Assembly: GCA_022825085.1 (NCBI GenBank)
Contig: JAJDYQ010000036.1
Coordinates: 3,007-67,006 of the forward strand
From: Gammaproteobacteria bacterium
GTDB taxonomy: Bacteria > Pseudomonadota > Gammaproteobacteria > JAJDYQ01
DNA length: 64,000 nucleotides
Direction: 5' to 3'
The stretch's first letter is position 1, and each line of letters opens with the position of its first letter. The position numbers were made by a program, and so were the translations under genes. This document shows positions 11,151 to 20,181 of this stretch, in pieces. The notes under the pieces were generated by a model. That model made no database searches, was not told the DNA's origin, and saw nothing but the letters and a program-made list of their open reading frames with translations.

Positions 11151-12164
11151 GTGTTGCCAGACAGTCAATCCTGGAAAGGTTCTTCTATGTTAATGTCTAG
11201 AAACAGATCCAAAATAAGCCTCAGAGTAGTTTCTCGTAACAAGGCGAGGGTGCGTGTTGCAATGCAAGTTCTCAAGGAGGTATTATTCGTCTATCGAAAT
11301 GCGGTCAATACCGACATTATCATTGTGGACTGGAAATGCTATCGCCCCGTTGGTCCATCATTGAATGCCATGGTTGGTATCGCATGGTTTCTGGAAAGAT
11401 GGGGCGTCACTCTGAAGTTTAAGCATCCTTCCAATGCAATGTGGCGACATTTCGAGAATAATACTCTGGCTAACTCAACGAACAGAGCAGAGCAAAAATA
11501 CCGTTCCGCCCGGCGGGTTATTATGTCTAGTTATATAGACTATATTGGGCATCGCTTTATTTCTTCCAAATATGGGCACAAAGTGCTCACCCAACTGTCC
11601 ATTAAGAAAGACCCCCAAAAGTCTGCGGATGAATGGTTTGCAAGCCATATCAAGGGGGATTGGGTGACCGTCCATTATCGTGGTACAGATGTAAGGAAGT
11701 ATAAGGACGGGTGGTGTAAAAGGAGATACAAAATAGATCTCAAGTCGTATGTTACCTATTTAAAGGCAGTGCTGGACAGTCAATGCAGCATTTTTGCCTG
11801 TTCGGATCAGGCACAGTTCATTGATGAGATGAAGGCGGCATTTCCAGGGTGAGTATTCGCACGAGATATAAAACGTTCTTACGATGACAAGCATCTTCAT
11901 GTTGATAGTGTCCCATTTGTGAACCCCAAGAGACCAGTGATAGATGCCGTGGTATATGCTCAGGAGAGAGATGCCTTGATAGATATTTTGGTATTGGCAA
12001 AGGCCGGGTTAATTTATACAATCGGTTCGGGGTTTATCAATGTGGTCAGATATTTCAATCCAGAGATTAAAGTTGTATCGCTGGACGGAAGAACAATAGG
12101 GAGGGGAAAAAACAATATGCCTATTCCTAGACAGGATTTATTCAAAAGATTGTCTTTGCTTTGA
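11151..12164 (+). pseudogene. Fucosyltransferase-like glycosyltransferase, paralogue 1, interrupted by one in-frame TGA
   Basis: ORFs 11151..11852 and 11919..12164 are in the same frame. The only interruption is TGA at 11850-11852, where paralogues 2-4 have Arg (AGA, CGA, CGG). The rest is collinear with the intact copies. Confidence 0.65.
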
Positions 12165-12251
12165 AGGGGTATGATGTGGCTGCCAGCTACCATATACATT
12201 CGATGGTGTCCGTATATCGCATAAGATTTTAATCCAAATCAGGTATTTGTA

Positions 12252-13184
12252 ATGTCTATTTCAAAGATTCGGCATACGGTCAGGCTTAATATAGCAAGGA
12301 TGTCGCTGGTAAAAAGAATATTATTATTCTATTGGGAGACTGTCGGTGTCGACAGTATCACTATGGGTTGGAAACGGTGTCGCCCTATTGGCCCGTCATT
12401 GAATAGTATGATTGTTGCCGCATGGTTTGCGGAAAGACGAGGCAAGCTTCTGAGATTTAAGCCTTCTCCTAATACAATATGGCGATATTTCGAGAATGAT
12501 ACCCTGGTCAACGCAATGAACAGACTAGGACAAGAGCACTGTTCTTCCCGGGAGATTCTCAGGATGAATTCGCTGTCTTGTCTTGGTCCTCTTATGTCCT
12601 CTGCATATGGATATAAGGTACTCACCCGGTTGTCCATCAAGGAAGATCTCCAAAAATCTGCTAACGAATGGTTTGAAAACCATATCAAGGGAGATTGGGT
12701 GGCTGTCCATTATCGTGGTACGGATGTATGGGGGGAGCCCAAGAGAGGGTTGAATAAAAGATGCAGATTAGAACTCAGGTTGTATGTGACTTATCTGAAA
12801 GAGGTGCTGGGAACCCAATGCACCATTTTTGCGTGTTCGGATCAAGCACAGTTCATTAATGAGATGAAAGTGGCATTCCCAGAGAGAGTGTTCGCACGCA
12901 ATATAAAACGCTCTTACAGTAACAAGCCTATTCATAATGATGGTCATCGACCGACACATCACGATAATAAAATATTCGAGCAGGAGGCAGATGCTTTGAT
13001 AGATATTCTGGTATTGGCAAAGGCCAGATTAATCTATACAACCGGCTCAGCGTTTGTGGATGTGGTCAGATACTTTAATCCAGAAACTAAAATTGTATCG
13101 CTGGATGGAAGAACAATAGGGAGGGGAAAAAACAATATGCCTATTCCTAGACAGGATTTATTCAAAAGATTATCCTTGTCTTGA
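12252..13184 (+). CDS. Fucosyltransferase-superfamily-like glycosyltransferase, paralogue 2
   Basis: 310 aa carrying three motifs in the order and form of the alpha-2/alpha-6/O-fucosyltransferase superfamily. They are VAVHYRGTDV (HxRxxD), IFACSDQAQF (xxSD/TD) and ADALIDILVLAKARLIYTTGSAFVDVVRYF (D..L....fIgT.sS.F). Confidence 0.6.
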   Translation: MSISKIRHTVRLNIARMSLVKRILLFYWETVGVDSITMGWKRCRPIGPSLNSMIVAAWFAERRGKLLRFKPSPNTIWRYFENDTLVNAMNRLGQEHCSSREILRMNSLSCLGPLMSSAYGYKVLTRLSIKEDLQKSANEWFENHIKGDWVAVHYRGTDVWGEPKRGLNKRCRLELRLYVTYLKEVLGTQCTIFACSDQAQFINEMKVAFPERVFARNIKRSYSNKPIHNDGHRPTHHDNKIFEQEADALIDILVLAKARLIYTTGSAFVDVVRYFNPETKIVSLDGRTIGRGKNNMPIPRQDLFKRLSLS

Positions 13185-13377
13185 GGGAACTCTGCATGGT
13201 TGCTGTCAGGTTGTCAGTTACCATTCCTTAGTCAAATCAGTTCACATCAGTTTAAGTCAATGACACAAAATTATGAACGCTACCGAATAACGGTGTCGCA
13301 AATCAAAGAGCCAGTAGTGTAGTATGTTGTTGGTGGGCACTGCCTCTTCTCAGTTATGCCAAATGCTTTCATGAATA

Positions 13378-14307
13378 ATGATTCAATCGATTATCAAGGA
13401 TAACAAAGTAAGACTGCAGCTTGCTAAAGGAATTTTGGGGGAGGTGCTACTGCTCTATTGGAACATAACCGGCACTGACAGTGTCACTCTGGATTGGAGA
13501 GGGAAAAATTATCGCCCTGTTGGCGCATCATTAGATTTCATGGTTGCCGTGGCATGGTTTATAGGAAGACGCGGCAAATTGCTGAGGTTTAAGCGGCCTT
13601 CTTATGCAATGTGGCGATACTTCGAGAATGATGCTTTGGATAGCTCAACAAACAAACTGGAGCGAAAATCCCGCCCCTCAAAGGAGGTTGCTGCAGGCTA
13701 TCCAGTGCTTTATCTTGCTCGTTTTATTTCCTCCGAGTATGGACATAAAGTGATCACTCGATTATCTATCAAGGAAGATTTTCAAAAATCTGCTAATGAA
13801 TGGTTTGCAAGCCATATCAAGGGAGATTGGGTGGCCGTCCATTATCGTGGTACGGATGTAGCGAAGATTAAGGACGTGTATAAAAAGAGATACAAAATAG
13901 ACCTCAAGCCATATGTGACTTATCTAAAAGAAGCGCTGGGCAGTCAATGCAGCATTTTTGCCTGTTCGGATCAGGCACAATTCATTGATGAGATGAAGGC
14001 GGTATTTCCAGGGCGAGTATTCGCACGAGATATAAAACGCTCTTGCGATGACAGGGCTATTCATAAGCACACTGCCCAATGTAAAGAGCAAGATATTTAT
14101 GATCAGGAGAGGGATGCCTTGATAGATGTTTTAGTATTGGCAAAGGCCGAATTAATCTATACAACCGGTTCAGGGCTTGTGGATGTGGTCAGGTATTTCA
14201 ATCCAGAGACTAAAATTGTATCGCTGGACGGAAGAACAATAGGGAGAGGGAAAAACAATGCGCCTATTCCTGAGCCGGATTTATTCGAAAGATTATCCCT
14301 GCCTTGA
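13378..14307 (+). CDS. Fucosyltransferase-superfamily-like glycosyltransferase, paralogue 3
   Basis: 309 aa with the same three motifs. The 3' third and about 65 nt of 3' flank are nearly identical to paralogue 4. Confidence 0.6.
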   Translation: MIQSIIKDNKVRLQLAKGILGEVLLLYWNITGTDSVTLDWRGKNYRPVGASLDFMVAVAWFIGRRGKLLRFKRPSYAMWRYFENDALDSSTNKLERKSRPSKEVAAGYPVLYLARFISSEYGHKVITRLSIKEDFQKSANEWFASHIKGDWVAVHYRGTDVAKIKDVYKKRYKIDLKPYVTYLKEALGSQCSIFACSDQAQFIDEMKAVFPGRVFARDIKRSCDDRAIHKHTAQCKEQDIYDQERDALIDVLVLAKAELIYTTGSGLVDVVRYFNPETKIVSLDGRTIGRGKNNAPIPEPDLFERLSLP

Positions 14308-14475
14308 GGGTCGCTGTATGATTGCTGTCCAGTTTATGATATCCAAGGTGTTGCTATCTCTTCCCTGAAGTCAGAGGTTATTCCTCGATCTGAGCACGGT
14401 GTATCCCGAAGCCACATTTCAGAAAATGCTCTGAAAGTTTTATACCGGCTGAGCAAGGCCGGGTATGACGCCTAT

Positions 14476-15651
14476 ATGGTGGGTGGTGCCGTGCGGGATT
14501 TGTTATTGGGGCATCATCCAAAGGATTTCGATGTGGTGACTAATGCCACACCGGAAGAGATCAGGCGATTGTTTCGGAATTGTCACCTGATCGGTCGTCG
14601 CTTTCGGCTGGCTCACATCCGTTATGGGCGGGAAATAATTGAAGTGGCCACCTTCAGGGCTTCCCATGAGGGGGCGCATAAAGGTCATGCAAGTCAGTTG
14701 AGTGATGGTCGTATTCTTCGCGATAATTCCTATGGGGATATCGACAGCGATGTTATGCGGCGTGACCTGACATGTAATGCACTGTTTTATAACGTTAAAG
14801 ACTTCAGTATCGTTGATTATGTGGGTGGTGTTGCAGATATAAATGCCCGGCAGATTCGTGTTATTGGCGATCCTGAGACGCGCTATCGTGAAGATCCGGT
14901 CAGGATGCTGCGGGCACTGCGTTTTGTGGCCAGACTGGATTTCCATCTGTCCTTTGAATCGGCGCAGCCAATCAATGATCTGGCCCCCATGCTGGATGAT
15001 ATTCCTGCTGCCCGTTTGTCTGATGAAGTATTAAAGCTGTTTCAGAAAGGCCATGCCCTGCGCAGCTTTGAGGTTCTCAGGGAATACGGGTTGTTCGGCT
15101 ATCTGTTTTTACAGACTGAAGAGGCTCTGGATATGGACTCCGATCATTATATTGAATCTTTTGTACGCGCAGGTCTGGAAAATACGGACAAGCGGGTTGA
15201 CAGTGGCAAGCCGGTGAATCCGGCATTTTTATATGCTTTTCTGCTTTGGGGAAACCTGAGACAGGCAATGTATGATGAGGCGCAGGGTGATATGGGCAAT
15301 ATTGCCATGATGAATGCAGTGGCTCAGGATATATTTCAGGGACAGGTTGAGCAGACGGCGATGCCTAAGCGTTTTTCAATTCAGGCGCGTGAGATATGGA
15401 CCTTGCAGCCAAGGTTTGAGCAGCGTCGTGGCAAGCGTCCTCTGAGACTATTAAGCCATCCGCGCTTTCGGGCGGCCTATGATTTTTTATTGTTGCGTAA
15501 TCAGGCAGGTGAAGATCTTCAGGAGCTCTGTGAGTGGTGGACAGATTTTCAGGAACAAGAGGCCGATCATGTACAGGCGGCACAGAACAACAATCGAAAT
15601 CGTCGACCGCACAGGCGCTCTCGGAGAGTGCGAAGGCAGGTGGCCGGGTAG
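14476..15651 (+). CDS. pcnB: Poly(A) polymerase I; true start probably upstream at a non-canonical codon
   Basis: MVGGAVRDLLLGHHPKDFDVVTNATPEEI is the PcnB nucleotidyltransferase core. In-frame upstream sequence (from 14377) still reads [33 protein letters not shown], which is conserved PcnB N-terminal sequence. Confidence 0.9.
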   Translation: MVGGAVRDLLLGHHPKDFDVVTNATPEEIRRLFRNCHLIGRRFRLAHIRYGREIIEVATFRASHEGAHKGHASQLSDGRILRDNSYGDIDSDVMRRDLTCNALFYNVKDFSIVDYVGGVADINARQIRVIGDPETRYREDPVRMLRALRFVARLDFHLSFESAQPINDLAPMLDDIPAARLSDEVLKLFQKGHALRSFEVLREYGLFGYLFLQTEEALDMDSDHYIESFVRAGLENTDKRVDSGKPVNPAFLYAFLLWGNLRQAMYDEAQGDMGNIAMMNAVAQDIFQGQVEQTAMPKRFSIQAREIWTLQPRFEQRRGKRPLRLLSHPRFRAAYDFLLLRNQAGEDLQELCEWWTDFQEQEADHVQAAQNNNRNRRPHRRSRRVRRQVAG

Positions 15652-15656
15652 CCGGC

Positions 15657-16175
15657 ATGTCAGTCAGAACCCATATTGGCCTCGGCAGCAACCAAGGTGC
15701 TTCGATAGATACCCTGTTGATGGCGATTGAGTCGATCAGGGATTATGCGCGGGATGGCCTGATTGATGTATCACGGTTTTATCAAACCGAGCCGGTTGGT
15801 CTGCCGAATCAACCTGACTTTATCAATGCGGTGATAGCGCTGAGAACCGAACTTTCCCCCGAGGTCTTGCTGGGCAAGCTGCAGCTGATAGAAAAACGGC
15901 ATAAACGTCAGCGTGGCAGTGAGCAGTGGGGGCCTCGCACCCTTGATCTCGATATACTGCTCTATGGTGGTCGTACAGTAGAAAGCGAGGCGCTGATGAT
16001 TCCTCATCCGCGAATGACGGAAAGGCGTTTTGTATTGAGACCCTTAATGGATATTGATCCAGATATTGAAATTCCTGGTCATGGTATGGCACGGACCTGC
16101 CTGTGCAGATGTGATTCTTTGAGGATGGAAGAAATTAAAATGTCTGTCGGAAGACCATATCCAGATGCTTTATAA
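15657..16175 (+). CDS. folK: 2-amino-4-hydroxy-6-hydroxymethyldihydropteridine diphosphokinase
   Basis: MSVRTHIGLGSNQG...YQTEPVG...GPRTLDLDILLY...IPHPRM are HPPK signatures. The start is taken at 15657, just after the pcnB stop. Confidence 0.9.
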   Translation: MSVRTHIGLGSNQGASIDTLLMAIESIRDYARDGLIDVSRFYQTEPVGLPNQPDFINAVIALRTELSPEVLLGKLQLIEKRHKRQRGSEQWGPRTLDLDILLYGGRTVESEALMIPHPRMTERRFVLRPLMDIDPDIEIPGHGMARTCLCRCDSLRMEEIKMSVGRPYPDAL

Positions 16176-16235
16176 TGGCGCTGTCCATCCCTGCTGGAAA
16201 TCAAGCACAGAAGATATTGTATATCCCCGGATATA

Positions 16236-17051
16236 ATGAATTTGAGCACTCAAACCAAACGTCTGGCAATCACTGATCTTCGCGCCATGAAGCGTGAGGG
16301 CCGGAAAATTGCCTGTATGACCGCTTACGATGCCACTTTTACAGTGCTGCAAGAAGAGGCGGGAATGGATGTCATTCTTGTCGGAGATTCATTAGGGATG
16401 GTGGTGCAGGGGCATGACAGTACACTGCCGGTGACGGTGGATGATGTTGTTTATCACCTGAAAAGTGTCAGCCGCGTCAGCCGCTGCGCATTTATCATTG
16501 GTGATATGCCCTTTATGAGCTATGCCAACCCGCAACAGGCGATTGAGAATGCCGCTCGTTTGATGCAGGAAGGCGGTGCCCATATGGTCAAGCTGGAAGG
16601 TAGTGAAACACAGCTATCAGTTGTACCTGAGTTAAGTCAACGTGGCATACCGGTCTGCGCCCACCTGGGCCTGCAACCACAGGCTGTACATAAGATGGGT
16701 GGATACCGGGTGCAGGGGCGCGATGAATCCAGTGCCACCGGCATGTTGCGCGATGCCCGTGCGCTTGCGGAACACGGAGCTGATATGTTGCTGCTGGAAT
16801 GTGTGCCGGCAGAGTTGGCAAAATCCATTTCCGGGGCAGTTGAAATTCCTGTCATCGGGATAGGTGCAGGTGGCAGTTGTGATGGCCAGATACTCGTATT
16901 ACAGGATGCGATTGGCCTGACTGTTGGGCGCATGCCCAGATTCGCAAGGGATTTTTCAGAGCAGCAGCAACATCCGGCCCAGGCAATACGCGCCTATATC
17001 AAAGCGGTGAAGGATGGTAGTTTCCCTGCGGATGAACACTGCTTCACCTGA
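16236..17051 (+). CDS. panB: 3-methyl-2-oxobutanoate hydroxymethyltransferase
   Basis: 271 aa, MTAYDA...ILVGDSLGMV...VKLEG...HLGLQPQ, full-length PanB pattern. Confidence 0.95.
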   Translation: MNLSTQTKRLAITDLRAMKREGRKIACMTAYDATFTVLQEEAGMDVILVGDSLGMVVQGHDSTLPVTVDDVVYHLKSVSRVSRCAFIIGDMPFMSYANPQQAIENAARLMQEGGAHMVKLEGSETQLSVVPELSQRGIPVCAHLGLQPQAVHKMGGYRVQGRDESSATGMLRDARALAEHGADMLLLECVPAELAKSISGAVEIPVIGIGAGGSCDGQILVLQDAIGLTVGRMPRFARDFSEQQQHPAQAIRAYIKAVKDGSFPADEHCFT

Positions 17052-17072
17052 GCAATATCTCCCTCCTGGTTC

Positions 17073-17921
17073 ATGTTGACCGTATCTTCGATAGCCGGGC
17101 TGCGCCGTATCATTGCGGAATATCGTAAGATGGGACAATCTGTCGGGTTTGTGCCAACCATGGGTAATCTGCATGCAGGTCATCTGATGCTTGTTGATAA
17201 AGCCGACTCCCTTTCAGACCGTGTGATTGCCAGTATCTTCGTAAACCCTACCCAGTTCGGCCCGAACGAAGACTATGAGGGCTATCCCCGCACCGAAGAA
17301 GAAGATGCGAAAAAGCTTGAAACGCATGCTGCCGATGTTCTTTTTCTGCCTTCAGTAGAGACCATGTACAGTGATGTGAACAGCACGACGACAGTAAGCG
17401 TGCCTTATCTGTCTTCTACACTGTGCGGCGAATCACGCCCGGGCCATTTCGATGGAGTAGCGACTATTGTGACCAAGCTGTTGAATATTGTGCAGCCCGA
17501 CATTGCCGTATTCGGAGGAAAGGACTACCAGCAGCTGGTCTTGATTCGGCAGATGGTGAGCGAGCTGGCAATACCGACGCAGATTGTCGCCTGCGATACC
17601 TGCCGAGAGGAAGACGGGCTGGCCATGAGTTCACGCAATATTTACCTGAGCAGGGAGCATCGCCGTATTGCGCCGGGGTTGTATCAGGAACTATGCCGGG
17701 CAGTCGATATGATCCGGCGGCGAAAAGCCGGTTTTGATGAGATAAACCTGCAAACAAGAGCAAATCTGGAGCAACAGGGCTTTCAGGTTCAATACATTGA
17801 AGTCAGACGTCAGGGCGACCTGCGGCCACCGGCAGCAGAAGATAAATTGCTGATCATATTAGGTGCTGTCTGTCTTGCTAGCACCCGTCTTATCGACAAC
17901 ATTATTTTCGAACTGGATTAA
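17073..17921 (+). CDS. panC: Pantoate--beta-alanine ligase
   Basis: 282 aa, VPTMGNLHAGHL...FVNPTQFGPNEDY...GHFDGV, PanC signatures. Confidence 0.95.
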   Translation: MLTVSSIAGLRRIIAEYRKMGQSVGFVPTMGNLHAGHLMLVDKADSLSDRVIASIFVNPTQFGPNEDYEGYPRTEEEDAKKLETHAADVLFLPSVETMYSDVNSTTTVSVPYLSSTLCGESRPGHFDGVATIVTKLLNIVQPDIAVFGGKDYQQLVLIRQMVSELAIPTQIVACDTCREEDGLAMSSRNIYLSREHRRIAPGLYQELCRAVDMIRRRKAGFDEINLQTRANLEQQGFQVQYIEVRRQGDLRPPAAEDKLLIILGAVCLASTRLIDNIIFELD

Positions 17922-18106
17922 ACTCAAGTATTCTGGCCCGGGCGAGAAGAGCTCAGGCGGCATGGTCCTGGCTCGAAATCATCGTCATGATCGCCTGTTA
18001 TACGTTTGCCAGAAGTTTGGGATGAATACAAATCAGTGACGCCCTGCACGCTTTTCGCTATATTTCGTGCCCGGCTTACAAACTATGAAATAGAGGTCTG
18101 AACGAA

Positions 18107-18304
18107 ATGAGTGCTCAAGATGATTTTACCCGGGTGTTTATCTGGATATTAGGTTTGCTGGTATTATTTACCATTGTGGTTGCGCTGGTTGCCCGTTCCA
18201 TCGGCACAGACGAAAACAGCGGTCCTATGAGTGATAAAGATATTGACAGGCGCACCATGCCCTACGGCAATGTCAAGGTTGCCGGAGACAAAGGAGGCGG
18301 CTGA
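18107..18304 (+). CDS. Small membrane-anchored protein resembling only the anchor/linker of membrane-bound cytochrome c5
   Basis: 65 aa with one TM helix, then DIDRRTMPYGNVKVAG, similar to the linker (ERLRPVGTVAV) I remember from anchored c5-type cytochromes. No CxxCH follows. Confidence 0.3.
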   Translation: MSAQDDFTRVFIWILGLLVLFTIVVALVARSIGTDENSGPMSDKDIDRRTMPYGNVKVAGDKGGG

Positions 18305-18445
18305 GAATCTGTGCTGACAGATCGGCATAAAGCAGCAGTGAAGCTGTAGGTGATGAAGTGACCCATTGTTCTGGCTGCTTGAGTGTTCCCTGATTGTCCA
18401 TGGCCGGATGCCGTATTGCGGACATGAAAATACTATAACCTGACC

Positions 18446-18916
18446 TTGATGGTATTGCTGCCAATGACAGATGCCGCCTCCAATATCACGACCGCAACTT
18501 TTCTGCGCAGACTCGGTGCGATGCTGTACGACGGCCTGCTGCTGTCTGCTCTGCTGATGGTGGCCGCCCTGCCGGTGGTGCTTATTGCCGGAGCAAACAG
18601 CGAATTTTTTAAAAGCCCGACCTATACATTGTATTTATATGTGATCAGCTTCTTGTTCTTTGGCTGGTTCTGGACCCACGGTGGGCAAACCCTGGGGATG
18701 CGTAGCTGGAAATTGCAGGTTACCTGCGACGATGGCTTTAAGCTTGGCTGGGATAATGCCTTGATGCGTTTTCTAGGGGCCACATTATCCCTGTGTGTAT
18801 TCGGTATCGGCTTTTTCTGGATATTATTGGACTCCGAGAGACTGGCATGGCACGACCGTCTTTCCAGAACCCATGTTCTGCACAATCCAGACTCAGGGAA
18901 AATACCGATTGATTAA
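18446..18916 (+). CDS. RDD family membrane protein
   Basis: 156 aa, RRLGAMLYDGLLL...GQTLGMRSWKLQV...WHDRLS, RDD-domain pattern with three TM helices. Confidence 0.7.
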   Translation: MMVLLPMTDAASNITTATFLRRLGAMLYDGLLLSALLMVAALPVVLIAGANSEFFKSPTYTLYLYVISFLFFGWFWTHGGQTLGMRSWKLQVTCDDGFKLGWDNALMRFLGATLSLCVFGIGFFWILLDSERLAWHDRLSRTHVLHNPDSGKIPID

Positions 18917-19045
18917 AAAACGGCTGCATGATCAACGGACTACACAGATACGTCACTCAGGCCCATCTTTTATGAGACAAACCTCCAGATTTATTCTGCA
19001 TATTGTACAATGGCGATCAATCCATGGATTGGCGGGATATGCTCG

Positions 19046-20140
19046 ATGGTTGGATTTGTAAATACGCCGGATTATGAACACGGAACCCGGGGCGTTACAG
19101 GTATTTTGCTGACGAATCTGGGTACCCCTGACGAGCCCAGGGCCAGCGCATTGCGTCGCTACCTTGCCGAATTTTTATCGGACCCCCGTGTGGTGGAATT
19201 CCCGCGCCTATTATGGATGCTTGTCCTGCATGGCATCATTTTGAATATCCGCCCGCGTCGCTCTGCTGAGGCCTATGCCAGAGTATGGACCAATGAAGGT
19301 TCTCCACTGCGGGTCATTTTGGAGAAGCAGGCGATAGCTGTTGAAACAGCCCTGCAGGCCAGAATTGATGGACCTGTCAAGGTCGAGCTGGCGATGCGCT
19401 ACGGCAAGCCTTCTATTGCCGATGGTCTGGAAAAGCTCCGTCAGGCCAACTGTACTCGCCTGCTGGTATTGCCGCTTTACCCGCAATACTCCGCAAGCAC
19501 ATCGGCTTCTACCTTCGATGCCGTTGCTGATACGCTGAAAACCTGGCGCCGGGTGCCGCAATTCCGCATGGTTATGGATTACCACCGGCATGACGCCTGG
19601 GTGGAGGCGGTCGCTCGCTCTATCCGCGAGCACTGGCAGAGACATGGCCGCAAGCAGAAACTCTTGATGTCGTTCCACGGTTTGCCGAGGCGCTTCCTGA
19701 CCAATGGCGACCCCTATCATTGCCAGTGCCATACCAGCGCCCGCCTGATTGCAGAAAAATTGAAACTGGCCGATGATGACTGGCAACTGGTTTTCCAGTC
19801 CCGCTTTGGACGGGAAGAGTGGTTGAGGCCTTACTGTGACCATACTCTGAAAGAGTGGGGAGAGAGCGGTGTTGAAGGTGTTGATGTAGTGTGCCCCGGC
19901 TTTTCTGCGGATTGTCTGGAAACACTGGAAGAGATTGCTATGGAAAATCGTGATATATTCCTCTCTGCTGGTGGTGGGCAGTATGCTTATATTCCGGCGC
20001 TCAATGACCACCCGGATCATATTGACGCCCTGACCAGCCTGATTGAGCAGAATCTCGCTGGCTGGTGTCTGGAGAGCGAACCGATCGAACAGCTACAGGC
20101 ATCCCGCAGCCGTGCTCTGGCCTGTGGTGCGCGGCAATAG
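19046..20140 (+). CDS. hemH: Ferrochelatase
   Basis: GILLTNLGTPD...RRYLAEFLSDPRVVE...LPLYPQYSASTS...FSFHGLP, HemH signatures. The start is taken at MVGFVN (19046). Confidence 0.9.
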   Translation: MVGFVNTPDYEHGTRGVTGILLTNLGTPDEPRASALRRYLAEFLSDPRVVEFPRLLWMLVLHGIILNIRPRRSAEAYARVWTNEGSPLRVILEKQAIAVETALQARIDGPVKVELAMRYGKPSIADGLEKLRQANCTRLLVLPLYPQYSASTSASTFDAVADTLKTWRRVPQFRMVMDYHRHDAWVEAVARSIREHWQRHGRKQKLLMSFHGLPRRFLTNGDPYHCQCHTSARLIAEKLKLADDDWQLVFQSRFGREEWLRPYCDHTLKEWGESGVEGVDVVCPGFSADCLETLEEIAMENRDIFLSAGGGQYAYIPALNDHPDHIDALTSLIEQNLAGWCLESEPIEQLQASRSRALACGARQ

Positions 20141-20181
20141 CGAGTAAAACTTTGGTCTAGGACATATACGGAATACTTCTT

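Noticed and set aside
11850-11852. In-frame TGA as selenocysteine or programmed recoding
   Set aside because: The three paralogues have Arg at this position, so it is not a catalytic Cys/Sec site. I see no obvious SECIS-like hairpin immediately downstream. A CGA->TGA nonsense mutation is the simplest explanation.
19211-20020. 269-aa minus-strand ORF
   Set aside because: It is antisense to hemH, which has unmistakable ferrochelatase motifs. There is no motif content of its own.
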